DNA from: an uncultured Bacilli bacterium
Lineage (GTDB): Bacteria; Bacillota_I; Bacilli_A; RFN20; CAG-449
Assembly (NCBI GenBank): GCA_944332075.1
Contig: CALVJL010000007.1
Location: 318-64,317, forward strand
Direction of reading: 5' to 3'
Length of the DNA stretch: 64,000 bases
Below the pieces are notes generated by a model, which was given only the letters and a program-made list of their open reading frames with translations, ran no database searches and had not been told where the DNA came from. Positions 36,262 to 45,859 of this stretch are shown here, piece after piece. Each line of letters opens with the position of its first letter. The first letter of the stretch is position 1. The position numbers and the translations under genes were made by a program.

Positions 36262-37209
36262 ATGGAATTAAATAGAGAAACTGCAATGCGGATTTGGAAC
36301 CAGCGTTATGGAAGACAAATCGCAGTTAATGATTTTGCTGGGAGAAAAATTGTTAAATCGGCCTATGAAGATGAGATGAGCCAGTATTGTTGGTCACTTG
36401 GTCACATCTTACCTCCAGAGCAAGGTGGAGCGAACATCAACTATAATTTAATCTGCTGCCATAAATTAACCTTAACGGAAAAAGGTGATCATTTTCCTTT
36501 ATTTTCAGCAAACGGAGAAAATTATGAAATCGTTAGAGTGATGAACCATTATGAAATCCATCTCCACGAAAAAAATGATGAACAAGCTGTCACCATTATA
36601 AAAGAAGATAATGAAGGTATTAACTTATTAGACAAAGATAACGCCTTAAATTTATTAAAAGATATTTCAAGAAAACTCAACGAAGAAAGATTTATGTCAG
36701 TTATCCAAATCTCTTTAACAAATATCACTAACTTAGAAGTCCATGAATTTATTAAAGAATTATTTAATCAAGATAACGTTATCTTCTCACCTTTATCATC
36801 GCAATACCGTAATGATATCATCATCGCTGATTACGATTTATTTTCCAAAAGCGATGTTTCTAACTTATTAGATAAATGCGTCTTATTAAACACTTATCTT
36901 TCTAATTACTTTGTACCAAAGGGCGATATTATCACTTATAGTATCTACTTTACTGTTAAGCATTTTGAAAAGGGTAAAGATATGTTTAACCATATCGACT
37001 TTGATGAATTAAAAAGATTAGCGTTATTACCTGGTAAATCAACAGTCTATATCGATTCTGAAGCTGCAATTAATTCTAAAGCTCAAAATTATATAAACCG
37101 TTTAACACCTGCAGTAATCGGTTATAAAAAATTCTATGAATATAACTTCATCTTTAAAAATCTTGCTGACCAGTTAAAAGCAGAATTAGCTAAAGAAACA
37201 AAAAAATAA
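36262..37209 (+). CDS. Protein with a degenerate N-terminal HNH-like domain
   Basis: DFAGRKI...W.LGHILP..QGG.....NL.CCH...TEK.D; the canonical DH and N positions are substituted. Confidence 0.55.
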   Translation: MELNRETAMRIWNQRYGRQIAVNDFAGRKIVKSAYEDEMSQYCWSLGHILPPEQGGANINYNLICCHKLTLTEKGDHFPLFSANGENYEIVRVMNHYEIHLHEKNDEQAVTIIKEDNEGINLLDKDNALNLLKDISRKLNEERFMSVIQISLTNITNLEVHEFIKELFNQDNVIFSPLSSQYRNDIIIADYDLFSKSDVSNLLDKCVLLNTYLSNYFVPKGDIITYSIYFTVKHFEKGKDMFNHIDFDELKRLALLPGKSTVYIDSEAAINSKAQNYINRLTPAVIGYKKFYEYNFIFKNLADQLKAELAKETKK

Positions 37210-37236
37210 ATGCTCATTTCTGAGCATTTTTTATTA

Positions 37237-37458
37237 TCAAATCCAAGGAAAGACAACTTCGGTATCTTGATTTGATGAAATAGATGAACTGCTGACTGCT
37301 TGACTAGATTCAGAAGAAACTGCAACTGATGAAGATTCGCTGACTTGAGAAGTAGTAACTTCACTTTGCGAAGATGAAGTATTGCTAGGCTTATCAGTGC
37401 ATCCCATTAGCAATCCTAATGACAGCAATATTGTAACTGCGAATATACTTTTTTTCAT
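37237..37458 (-). CDS. Small Ser-rich lipoprotein
   Basis: Signal peptide with LMGC lipobox, Ser/Thr linker, short EVVFPWI tail. Confidence 0.65.
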   Translation of the reverse strand: MKKSIFAVTILLSLGLLMGCTDKPSNTSSSQSEVTTSQVSESSSVAVSSESSQAVSSSSISSNQDTEVVFPWI

Positions 37459-37735
37459 ATAAATCTCCGTAAAAATAGTATCATAAATATTAAGTAAAAA
37501 AAAGAAATACTACAACATGTAGACTATTTAATGACATTTATCATATAAAACAAGATTTATCTTATTTTTCTATTATAATAGTTATAAACGGTGGTTATAA
37601 AAATAGTTGATTTAGTAACTTTAAAAGAGAGCCAAGAAGCTCGAAGACGCGCGCACAATCTTATTAACAAAGTCAGAAACCATAAAAAAATAAAAGGTCA
37701 TTATAAATTTTTTTGCAATAGTTATAAGTGTAAAA

Positions 37736-38338
37736 ATGGATGAACGCGGGACAATGATACAAAGATTCAATGGTAACAACGAATTATATGAAAATATCAT
37801 TTCAGAGCTAGGTAATCTTGATGCTAACAATATTTTGTTTAGTCCTTCTAAAACTTTATTACTAGTCGAAGGAGAAGCAGATAAAGCTGTAATAAAGAAG
37901 CTTTCAGATCTACTAAGGTATGACATATCAGACTATTCCATTCATGTTTGCGATGGCGATTCTATCATGCAAGTATCGTATATTTGTATAACTAACAATA
38001 TAAAATTCATCGCAATAGCCGATTCTGATAATAAAAGCAAAGAGGAATGGTACCTTAATAGTCATAAAAATTTTAAAAAATGTTTAAACAAATATGAACA
38101 AGATTATAAGCATTGTTTCTTCGTCGGCAATGGCTCTAATGGATCAATAGAAAATTTATTTGACAGTAATAAAGATAAAATATTTTATAAAAATGGCGAA
38201 AACAAGAAAAAAATAAGTATTAATTTAATTTCACAATTATCAAGTAAAGATGCTCTTAGCAATAAAGCTATTCAAAATTTCAATGATTTATTTTTGAAAA
38301 TAGGTTTGCATAAGAATAATATAGTCAAAAAATCTTAA
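37736..38338 (+). pseudogene. Orphan TOPRIM domain, probably the 3' remnant of an OLD-family ATP-dependent nuclease
   Basis: LLLVEGEAD...IADSD...IENLF; no ATPase half upstream (in-frame stop at 37691) and no clear RBS. Confidence 0.6.
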
Positions 38339-38503
38339 GGTATATCATCTTGGCTTTTCTTAGCATTACAGCAGTTTTTAGTAATTAAATACAATAGAAA
38401 ATAATTAAATTAATGTTTTTGAACATTTTTTGCAAAAATTCAAATTAAATTATTTAATTTCACAAATACTACTATATAATATTAGTAATAGGTGGGATGA
38501 CAT

Positions 38504-39745
38504 ATGATTTTAGAATTTAGCATTAAGAATTTTCTATCATTCAAAGATAAGGTCACATTTAGCATGCTAGCCAACGCAACAAAAGGATTAGACGATAATT
38601 ACGTTATGTATAAAGATCGAAGAATTTTAAAAACTGCTGCAATATATGGCGCTAACGCCTCTGGCAAAACTAATATATTTAAAATTTTAGCTTTAATCAC
38701 AGCAATGTTAAGAAATTCAAATAATGTTAATATAAACGCTAAACTTCCAATATCGCCATTTAAATTTGATGATAATGCAAATAAACTAAGCGAATTTGAA
38801 ATTAAATTTATTATCGAGAATATTAGATACGTTTATGGTTTTATCGCTGATGCTAATAATATTTACGAAGAATATCTATATTACTATCCAAACGGAAAAG
38901 AAACAAAAATCTTTGACAGAACAGAAATCAATAACTATTCATTTTCTCAAAAAGATGAAAAATTTTTAAGTGAAATAGTTAAAAAGAATACTCCAAATAA
39001 ATTTTTTATAGCGACTGCGACAAATTGGAATTATGAAAAGACAAGACTTCCTTATAAATTTCTAAGTACCGAAATCAACGTTTTTAATAATTTAGGTGGA
39101 CTTAGAGATTTTGCTCTAAAGGAATATTTAAAAAATGACGACGAATTAAAAACTTTTGCATTAGAATTTCTTAAAAATGCTGATTTTAATATTGAAGATT
39201 ATAAAGTTTTAGAAACAGAAGTTCCAGATGATTTGTTTGCAGCTATACCGGATTTTATTAAAGCTGGAATGAATATAAAAGAAAAGTTAAAAGTATTCAC
39301 TGCTTTATTTAAACATAAGGGATCAGATGCTGAACTTTCTTATGAAGAAGAATCTTTAGGAACTCAGATTATTTTTTGTTTTATTCCTTTTATAAGAGAT
39401 GCTTTTAATAATAAAAAGGTTTTAATAGTTGATGAGTTAGATAAAAGCCTGCATCCATATTTAATCGAAATGATTGTTCAAATGTTTAATGATCCAGATA
39501 TTAATAAAAATGGTGCTCAATTAATTTTTAATACTCATGACACTAATTTATTGAGATTAAATATTTTAAGACGTGATCAAATATGGTTTACCGAAAAGAA
39601 TGATGATAATGGGGTAAGCACATTATATCCTTTAAGCGATTTTTCCGTTAGAAATAGCGAAAATGTAGAAAAAGGATACATGTTAGGACGATATGGAGCT
39701 GTTCCGTTTATCAAAAATGATTTTTACTTAAGAGAAGAAAAATGA
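38504..39745 (+). CDS. AAA_21 ABC-type ATPase (RloA/AbiLi-like)
   Basis: NFLSFKD, GANASGKT, ESLGT, VDELDKSLHP, QLIFNTHD, RRDQIWF, GRYGAVP. Confidence 0.92.
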   Translation: MILEFSIKNFLSFKDKVTFSMLANATKGLDDNYVMYKDRRILKTAAIYGANASGKTNIFKILALITAMLRNSNNVNINAKLPISPFKFDDNANKLSEFEIKFIIENIRYVYGFIADANNIYEEYLYYYPNGKETKIFDRTEINNYSFSQKDEKFLSEIVKKNTPNKFFIATATNWNYEKTRLPYKFLSTEINVFNNLGGLRDFALKEYLKNDDELKTFALEFLKNADFNIEDYKVLETEVPDDLFAAIPDFIKAGMNIKEKLKVFTALFKHKGSDAELSYEEESLGTQIIFCFIPFIRDAFNNKKVLIVDELDKSLHPYLIEMIVQMFNDPDINKNGAQLIFNTHDTNLLRLNILRRDQIWFTEKNDDNGVSTLYPLSDFSVRNSENVEKGYMLGRYGAVPFIKNDFYLREEK

Positions 39746-40368
39746 GCAAAAATAGGATTATCAGCAGTGACAGAGTAAGGCAAATTAGAAAGCCTAAAAC
39801 TAAAATATTAATTGCCGTTGAAGGCAAAAACAAAACTGAGAAAAACTATTTTAACAATTTTGAAAATGGTCAAAGATCATATAATATTTCCTATGCCAGA
39901 AGAACCAATACCGATTCATTAAACTTAGTTACTATGCTAATTAAAGAAATAAAAGAATTGAGACTCAATTTACAAAATGGTGATATGGCTTATTGCGTAT
40001 TTGATACGGATACTAATCAAGATAAGAACATAATAATCAATAAAGCCATTGAACTAGCTAAAAATAATAGAATAATAGTTATCACATCATCACCATGCTT
40101 TGAAATATGGTTCTTATTACATTATGTCTACACAACCGCGAGCATGAGTAATGATGATGTGATTAAAGCTCTCAAACAACATTATCCAAAATACGAAAAG
40201 AATATTAATATTTATCCGTATATCAAAGAAAATTTAAATGAAGCTATTTTACGTTCAAAAAGATTAGAACAATATCATCTAAATAACAATCATACAATCG
40301 GTAACATTGAAGCCAATCCAAATACTGAAGTATATAAAGTTATAGAATACTTAACAAAAAATAACTAG
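39742..40368 (+). CDS. rloB: RloB-family (AbiLii-like) TOPRIM-fold protein
   Basis: IAVEG..KTE.NYF, CVFDTD, SSPCFEIWFLLHY, NP.T.V; ATGA overlap with the ATPase. Confidence 0.9.
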   Translation: MSKNRIISSDRVRQIRKPKTKILIAVEGKNKTEKNYFNNFENGQRSYNISYARRTNTDSLNLVTMLIKEIKELRLNLQNGDMAYCVFDTDTNQDKNIIINKAIELAKNNRIIVITSSPCFEIWFLLHYVYTTASMSNDDVIKALKQHYPKYEKNINIYPYIKENLNEAILRSKRLEQYHLNNNHTIGNIEANPNTEVYKVIEYLTKNN

Positions 40369-40388
40369 GAGAAAATCCTAGTTATTTT
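40360..40388. terminator. Bidirectional intrinsic terminator
   Basis: AATAACTAGGA-GAAAA-TCCTAGTTATT between convergent genes. Confidence 0.8.
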
Positions 40389-40415
40389 AATATATTTTTC
40401 TAATGTTATTTAATA

Positions 40416-40556
40416 TTACTTATCCCAAACATTTAAAATATCATCAAATGAGAAGGCTTTGTCACCGGCAACTGAATCACCAACAGATGCAGCGATAACA
40501 TCATCTAATTCGATATTTTCAATTTCAATAATTGGTTCAACATATATTTTTTTCAT
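40416..40556 (-). CDS. 46-aa acidic peptide with YxxP leader-like motif (copy 1, absent from the ORF track)
   Basis: AAAGGAG RBS; MKKIYVEPIIEIENIELDDVIAASVGDSVAGDKAFSFDDILNVWDK; paralog at 42519-42659. Confidence 0.85.
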   Translation of the reverse strand: MKKIYVEPIIEIENIELDDVIAASVGDSVAGDKAFSFDDILNVWDK

Positions 40557-40574
40557 TTTTAAATATCTCCTTTA

Positions 40575-42197
40575 TTACATTGCATTTAAAGCATTTAAGA
40601 TAGCTACGCTATTATCAGTTAATGAGCCCATTATTTCTTCATCGGCTAAATAAGCATCAACAACTGAATTAATTGAACGTCTAGCTTCTTTCATTAAATA
40701 AAGTTGCCCTTCATATTCCATATAGCAAACAGCTGCGAATGTTTGATCCATATGTTCAAGTAATCCATCAATAACTACTGCAAATTGAGCATATTTAGCA
40801 TTAGGGTCTGTTTCATCTAAGGCAACTGTTGAGTTAGGTGTTGCAACATATGCAATTTCTTTATCAGCAAATGGTTCTTGATAAACGCTAATTCCTTGTT
40901 CTTTCAAATATGCTACATAGTCAAATGCAGAACTTGTATTTGATTCATCAAATAAAGAATTTAAATTATCGTCGCCATCGATTTTAGTAGCATCAGCAAG
41001 AATTACACCATAGGAAGCTTCTTTAACAAATTTATCCATAGGAATACTAGTACCAAATCTAATTGAAGCAGAGTTGATTCTAGTACTAATTAAGCCAACG
41101 CCAAAAACAATATCATTTTCAACATATACATTATCTTTAGTATCTTTTGGAACCATTAAAGTTACTGACTGTGTACCATTTTCAAAGTTTATATTGCCAT
41201 TATTTGCGCTAGCACTATATTTGTTGTTCATATCATCTATGATTGTAATAGTACCTTTACTAATATCTAATTTTAAATTATAAATTTTTTCGTCGAGTCT
41301 AGTAAATTTAATTTTTCCACCCTTATAAATTCGTAAACTAACATCGTTATCAGAATTTTGCCATAATCTATTTTTAGTACCATCCCCATCTTCATTTAAA
41401 ATATTCCACTCGTCTGATAAATCATTCCAAAATAATTCACTAATATTGCTACCAATATCATCAATATTAACATAGTAATTTGTGTTCTCAATTTTGCTAT
41501 TAGGCATCTCACTTACTGTAAAATTATTTAAAGAAATTTCTTGTTCTCTAATGTTTCTATCAACAATACCACTAGCTTTAAGTGATGTTTTAGTTGATAA
41601 AGAATTAAAGTAATCTTCACTAGATATTTCATCTACACCAGAAAGTGTAATTGATAAACTTCTAATGCCAATCTGATTCTTTTGACTTGAAAATGTGAAT
41701 TGTAATTCTGTAGCACTATAAGAGCTAATATCTCCACTATCTATAACAAAGTTATCAGAGCTTAAATTTGGCTCAAATGTGTCAAAATTCAAATTGTCTA
41801 CAGAATATTCTGCTGTGATTGTCTGTGGTTTAGTATCCCACTGTTTGCAAGTCAATGTAAAAGACTTTACAATGAACCCTTCTTCTTTCAAAGCAAATGT
41901 TACTGGTGATCCTTTTGTGACAGGCATATTCGTAATAGTTTGCGATTGTTTATTCGCACTATCAAAAGTAATCTCAGCACTTGGCAAATCTGCAACACCA
42001 AAATTTTCACTATTTACGACACGTTCTTTATATGAATTATCCCATGTAGAAAAGTCATCAAAACTAGTGAAATCATAAATGTATTCTCTATTTGCTTCCG
42101 CCGCCTTCGCACTAGTTACACCATCTGCTGCAGACAAAGCAAAAATACCTCCGCCCACGAGCAAAGAAGCTGTAACTAATAATTTTAATTTCTTCAT
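40575..42197 (-). CDS. Large secreted protein with a conserved C-terminal SIRFGT/YGVI/CYME domain (copy 1)
   Basis: Signal peptide ending AKA-A; beta-rich middle; C-terminal region clearly paralogous to 42682..44415. Confidence 0.8.
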   Translation of the reverse strand: MKKLKLLVTASLLVGGGIFALSAADGVTSAKAAEANREYIYDFTSFDDFSTWDNSYKERVVNSENFGVADLPSAEITFDSANKQSQTITNMPVTKGSPVTFALKEEGFIVKSFTLTCKQWDTKPQTITAEYSVDNLNFDTFEPNLSSDNFVIDSGDISSYSATELQFTFSSQKNQIGIRSLSITLSGVDEISSEDYFNSLSTKTSLKASGIVDRNIREQEISLNNFTVSEMPNSKIENTNYYVNIDDIGSNISELFWNDLSDEWNILNEDGDGTKNRLWQNSDNDVSLRIYKGGKIKFTRLDEKIYNLKLDISKGTITIIDDMNNKYSASANNGNINFENGTQSVTLMVPKDTKDNVYVENDIVFGVGLISTRINSASIRFGTSIPMDKFVKEASYGVILADATKIDGDDNLNSLFDESNTSSAFDYVAYLKEQGISVYQEPFADKEIAYVATPNSTVALDETDPNAKYAQFAVVIDGLLEHMDQTFAAVCYMEYEGQLYLMKEARRSINSVVDAYLADEEIMGSLTDNSVAILNALNAM

Positions 42198-42518
42198 TTG
42201 TTTGCCCCCCTATAAATAAATTAAAATATTGTTTACATGAAAAATGTTATCACTTAAAAATATAAAAAAACATAAGATATATAAATAAAATGTTTATAAC
42301 GCAAAAAAGATTAAGTTATACAAGATTTATTCTAAAAACCGCAAATATATTTAGAAAAACATATAGAAATATAACTTAATCTAATATTTTTACAATCACT
42401 ATCTATAAAATAGTGAATAAATTTCTATAAACCTTCCAGGAATATATAATAAGGGGCAAACAATATTATTAAATTCGAAGGAAGGTAATCTAACATCAAA
42501 TATGATGAAAGATTTTGA

Positions 42519-42659
42519 TTAATATACATCGTTGAAAATATCATCGAAGGTGAAAGCATTATCACCAACAAAATCATCGCCAAATTTTGAAACAGCAATA
42601 ACATCATCTAATCTGATATTTTCGATTAAAATTTCAGGTTTAATATACTCCTTTTTCAT
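42519..42659 (-). CDS. 46-aa acidic peptide with YxxP leader-like motif (copy 2)
   Basis: GAGGAG RBS; MKKEYIKPEILIENIRLDDVIAVSKFGDDFVGDNAFTFDDIFNDVY. Confidence 0.85.
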   Translation of the reverse strand: MKKEYIKPEILIENIRLDDVIAVSKFGDDFVGDNAFTFDDIFNDVY

Positions 42660-42681
42660 TTTATTAATCTCCTCTAAATAA

Positions 42682-44415
42682 CTAAGCATTATAATTAAGA
42701 ATTGCATTTAAGATATCTTTATAATCTTCAGATAAGGTTCCTTCTTCGATATTATTAAGATATTCATTGGACAATGTTTTCACTGAATATGTAACTTCGT
42801 TCATAACGTATAAATTATCATTTGTTTCCATATAACAAGCTGCTGTAATTTCTTCACCTATATGCTCCAACATATCTTTAATAACAATTGCATATTGGAA
42901 ATAAGGAGCTGTTTCTGGATTTTTTGATTCTTCAACAGCACCCGTATCAGTGTCAACCATTGCAATGTTCGAAGCTTGAGCAGAATGAAGAGTTTTGTTA
43001 TTAATTAGTAAATTTTCAACAGAAGTTTCATTTTCAGCAAGTGTGTTAATATCTTCACCATTCAATCCAAAGATAACACCATAAGTAGCCTTTTCATCAT
43101 ACAATTTTGAACTTAATGCAGTACCAAATCTAATTGATGAATTTGTTACTTCTAAAACATTATCAATATATTCTATTGAGAATGAATTATTGATAGTAGT
43201 ATTTGTATCACTAGAATTATAAATTGTAAAACTATGATTATTATCTGAAAATGAATAGGTTCCGTTTAGATGACTTACAATATCTCCTTTTTCATCACGT
43301 ATTTCGATTTTAGATAAATTAGAAATATCTTTGAATGAAATAGAATTAATTATTCCATCATACGACATCGTAAGTGAGGAATGATTTCCTTTATTAGTAA
43401 ATAACTTTAAATCACCATTAGATATTTGTGGATAAGTGCCTGATCCATTATGCTTTGCATCATAAGACCATTTAGAATCGAATCCTATTGTAGAAAGTTT
43501 GTTTTTATTAGGATTAAATGTAAAGCTACTTGTTAGATTTTTAGTAATAATAGATTTTGTTTCTGACACATTAGCAATCAAACTTTTTTTAGTTGTTTGC
43601 AAAGCAAATTGCTCTCCAATCGAAAGATCTGAGATTAAAATATATTTAGCATATAATACCAAATCTTCAGTTACTAGAGTATTAACATCGAAAGGAGTAG
43701 TGAATTCACTATCAATATACCATCCTTCAAAAACAAAGCCTTCTTTTATAGGATTTTCATCTTTTAAATCTACGAGTTTTCCTTCGTCAACTTCAATGGT
43801 ATTAATTATCTCATCTCCGTCCATCAATGTAACTGAATATTTATTATTTTCAATAATTTTAAACAAATCAAATGATTCTTGCGTTCCCTTATAACAAGCA
43901 AATCTTTCTTGACCACTACTTTTATTATATTCTAAAAATCTATCTTTTCCATTGCTATCTTTTTCTATATTTTGAAAATGAAATGAGCCATCTTTTAAAA
44001 TAGGTGTCCAATAAATATTTCCATCATTTTTCAAATATACATTATTGCTACTTCCATGGTATTCGACATATTGTTCACCAATTTGCAAAGTATAATAACC
44101 GTTAGAGCTATCCTTTTTTATATTAATTATTTCAGCACCATTTAATTCTGTAGTTCTTTGAAAAATATTTTCTCCAAAACTACCTAAAAAATTACCCGAC
44201 TTGATTGAACTTGTATTTTCATCAAAATTAACATCGTAGCCAAAAATATAATTTCCATCGGATAATGCTTCAACACTATCAATCTTTTCATATTGGCAGT
44301 TAGTTAAATCAATATCCGCCGCATTGGCCTTTATTATGTTATTAGAAGAGGAAGCTAATAGACCCCCCCCCACAAGCAACGCAGCACTTGTGATTAACAA
44401 TTTAATTTTTTTCAT
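42682..44415 (-). CDS. Large secreted protein with an InlB B-repeat and the conserved C-terminal domain (copy 2)
   Basis: Signal peptide ending ANA-A; P.KEGFVFEGWY.D.......F........D..LYAK B-repeat; SIRFGT...YGVI...CYME. Confidence 0.8.
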   Translation of the reverse strand: MKKIKLLITSAALLVGGGLLASSSNNIIKANAADIDLTNCQYEKIDSVEALSDGNYIFGYDVNFDENTSSIKSGNFLGSFGENIFQRTTELNGAEIINIKKDSSNGYYTLQIGEQYVEYHGSSNNVYLKNDGNIYWTPILKDGSFHFQNIEKDSNGKDRFLEYNKSSGQERFACYKGTQESFDLFKIIENNKYSVTLMDGDEIINTIEVDEGKLVDLKDENPIKEGFVFEGWYIDSEFTTPFDVNTLVTEDLVLYAKYILISDLSIGEQFALQTTKKSLIANVSETKSIITKNLTSSFTFNPNKNKLSTIGFDSKWSYDAKHNGSGTYPQISNGDLKLFTNKGNHSSLTMSYDGIINSISFKDISNLSKIEIRDEKGDIVSHLNGTYSFSDNNHSFTIYNSSDTNTTINNSFSIEYIDNVLEVTNSSIRFGTALSSKLYDEKATYGVIFGLNGEDINTLAENETSVENLLINNKTLHSAQASNIAMVDTDTGAVEESKNPETAPYFQYAIVIKDMLEHIGEEITAACYMETNDNLYVMNEVTYSVKTLSNEYLNNIEEGTLSEDYKDILNAILNYNA

Positions 44416-44626
44416 GTTCTTCCCCCTAAAAATTAATTTGTTCTTATACGATATTAGTCTAATACTTTATTTAGGAAAATCCCATATCTAAAGGTAAAAA
44501 GAACGTAAAGATAGCACCTTATTTAATACATTAAATAAAAATTCATATGGTTATTAGAATTTTTTATATAAATTTTGCTTTTATCCATAAAAGTGCTTAT
44601 ATAAGCGAATAGTTTTATAATTTTAT

Positions 44627-45772
44627 TTAATTTAGCAAAAATAGAAAATTATTTATCAATTTTTTTATTATAAAAATTATTCTTTCCAAACCATTAAATT
44701 TATAAAAATAAAGATAGCCATTACCATGCGATAAGGCTTGTGAAATTAAATAATAAGATAAAATCTCTTCTTTATTCTCATTAAAATACTTATCTAAATA
44801 ATTATTAACTAAAGTGAAATAAGTTTGAGGTTTATCATTCTCTAAAATATTTAACCCGAAATAATTTTTTAAAAACACCTCTTGGAATTTTTCTTTCTTT
44901 AATCCTTTAATGCATAATTCATTATAAAGTTCATAGGCTTCATCAATATTAAATTTTTCATGCTGAAAATATTGATATTTAATAAAAGTATGTTCCTTAA
45001 CTAATTCTCTAGCTAAATTATTTGTTAATTTATCTTCTTTCTTTAAATAAGCAAAGAAGGCTATTAATTCAAGTAATGTTTTAAACGATATTAAAATGAA
45101 TTCACCTTGATTATAAGATAAAAGTTTGTCTTCGCTTTTTAAAAGATTAACGATAATATCTCTCGTCTCTAAATAATACTTATCATTAGACTGAATATTT
45201 TTTAATAGCTGTATTTCTTGATTAAAGACATTATTTTCTTGATAAGGTAAATCTTCAACTTTAGATAATAAAGAAAATTCATCATAGATTAACTTATCAA
45301 TAACCTTTTCTTTCTCTAAGCAATCAGTAATTAATAATTGAGAATTAAAATGCGGATGAATCACTAATGATAAACATAGATATTCATCAGTTAAATCATG
45401 GCTAAGATATTTATTGACGATTTGATGATAAGTTAAATCTTTTTCTTTTAAGTAATCTAGACGGAAATAAGGTAAATTTTCATCAATTTGCTGAACCTTT
45501 TTAATTAGTTCATCAACTTCTAAAGAAATATCGTTTTTAACCTTGATTGAAACATGCTGCGATAACCTTTTAATCGAGAGATGTTCAATAACCATGCGCA
45601 TAGCAAAAACAGTTAATTGACTCTTCTCCTTTTTTAAAAGCAGATAAGCAATCATCGCCGTCACTAAAGAATAATCAATTACATCAAGAAACGAAGGATC
45701 ATCAGAAATCAAACTTTTTTGGTATTTATAGAGTTTTTTTAATAGTTCATCCATATCTATTATCATTACCAT
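44627..45772 (-). CDS. Hypothetical protein, possibly two DUF5677/HEPN-like repeats
   Basis: RMVIE...YLCLSLVIHP and KTLLE...YYLISQALSHG, i.e. a twice-occurring R/K..LE ... Y..LS...H pattern. Confidence 0.45.
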   Translation of the reverse strand: MVMIIDMDELLKKLYKYQKSLISDDPSFLDVIDYSLVTAMIAYLLLKKEKSQLTVFAMRMVIEHLSIKRLSQHVSIKVKNDISLEVDELIKKVQQIDENLPYFRLDYLKEKDLTYHQIVNKYLSHDLTDEYLCLSLVIHPHFNSQLLITDCLEKEKVIDKLIYDEFSLLSKVEDLPYQENNVFNQEIQLLKNIQSNDKYYLETRDIIVNLLKSEDKLLSYNQGEFILISFKTLLELIAFFAYLKKEDKLTNNLARELVKEHTFIKYQYFQHEKFNIDEAYELYNELCIKGLKKEKFQEVFLKNYFGLNILENDKPQTYFTLVNNYLDKYFNENKEEILSYYLISQALSHGNGYLYFYKFNGLERIIFIIKKLINNFLFLLN

Positions 45773-45859
45773 GATAAATAATTGTTACAATATGTAAAAG
45801 CATATTTCTTGAATTAAATGCGCGCGTTATTTATTATGTAGTCATTAAGGTATTAAATT

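Noticed and set aside
40416-42659. Calling the 46-aa peptides lasso-peptide or ranthipeptide precursors
   Set aside because: No cyclase, peptidase, RRE or SPASM enzyme nearby, no Cys, and no conserved Thr at -2. Only the leader-like resemblance is retained.
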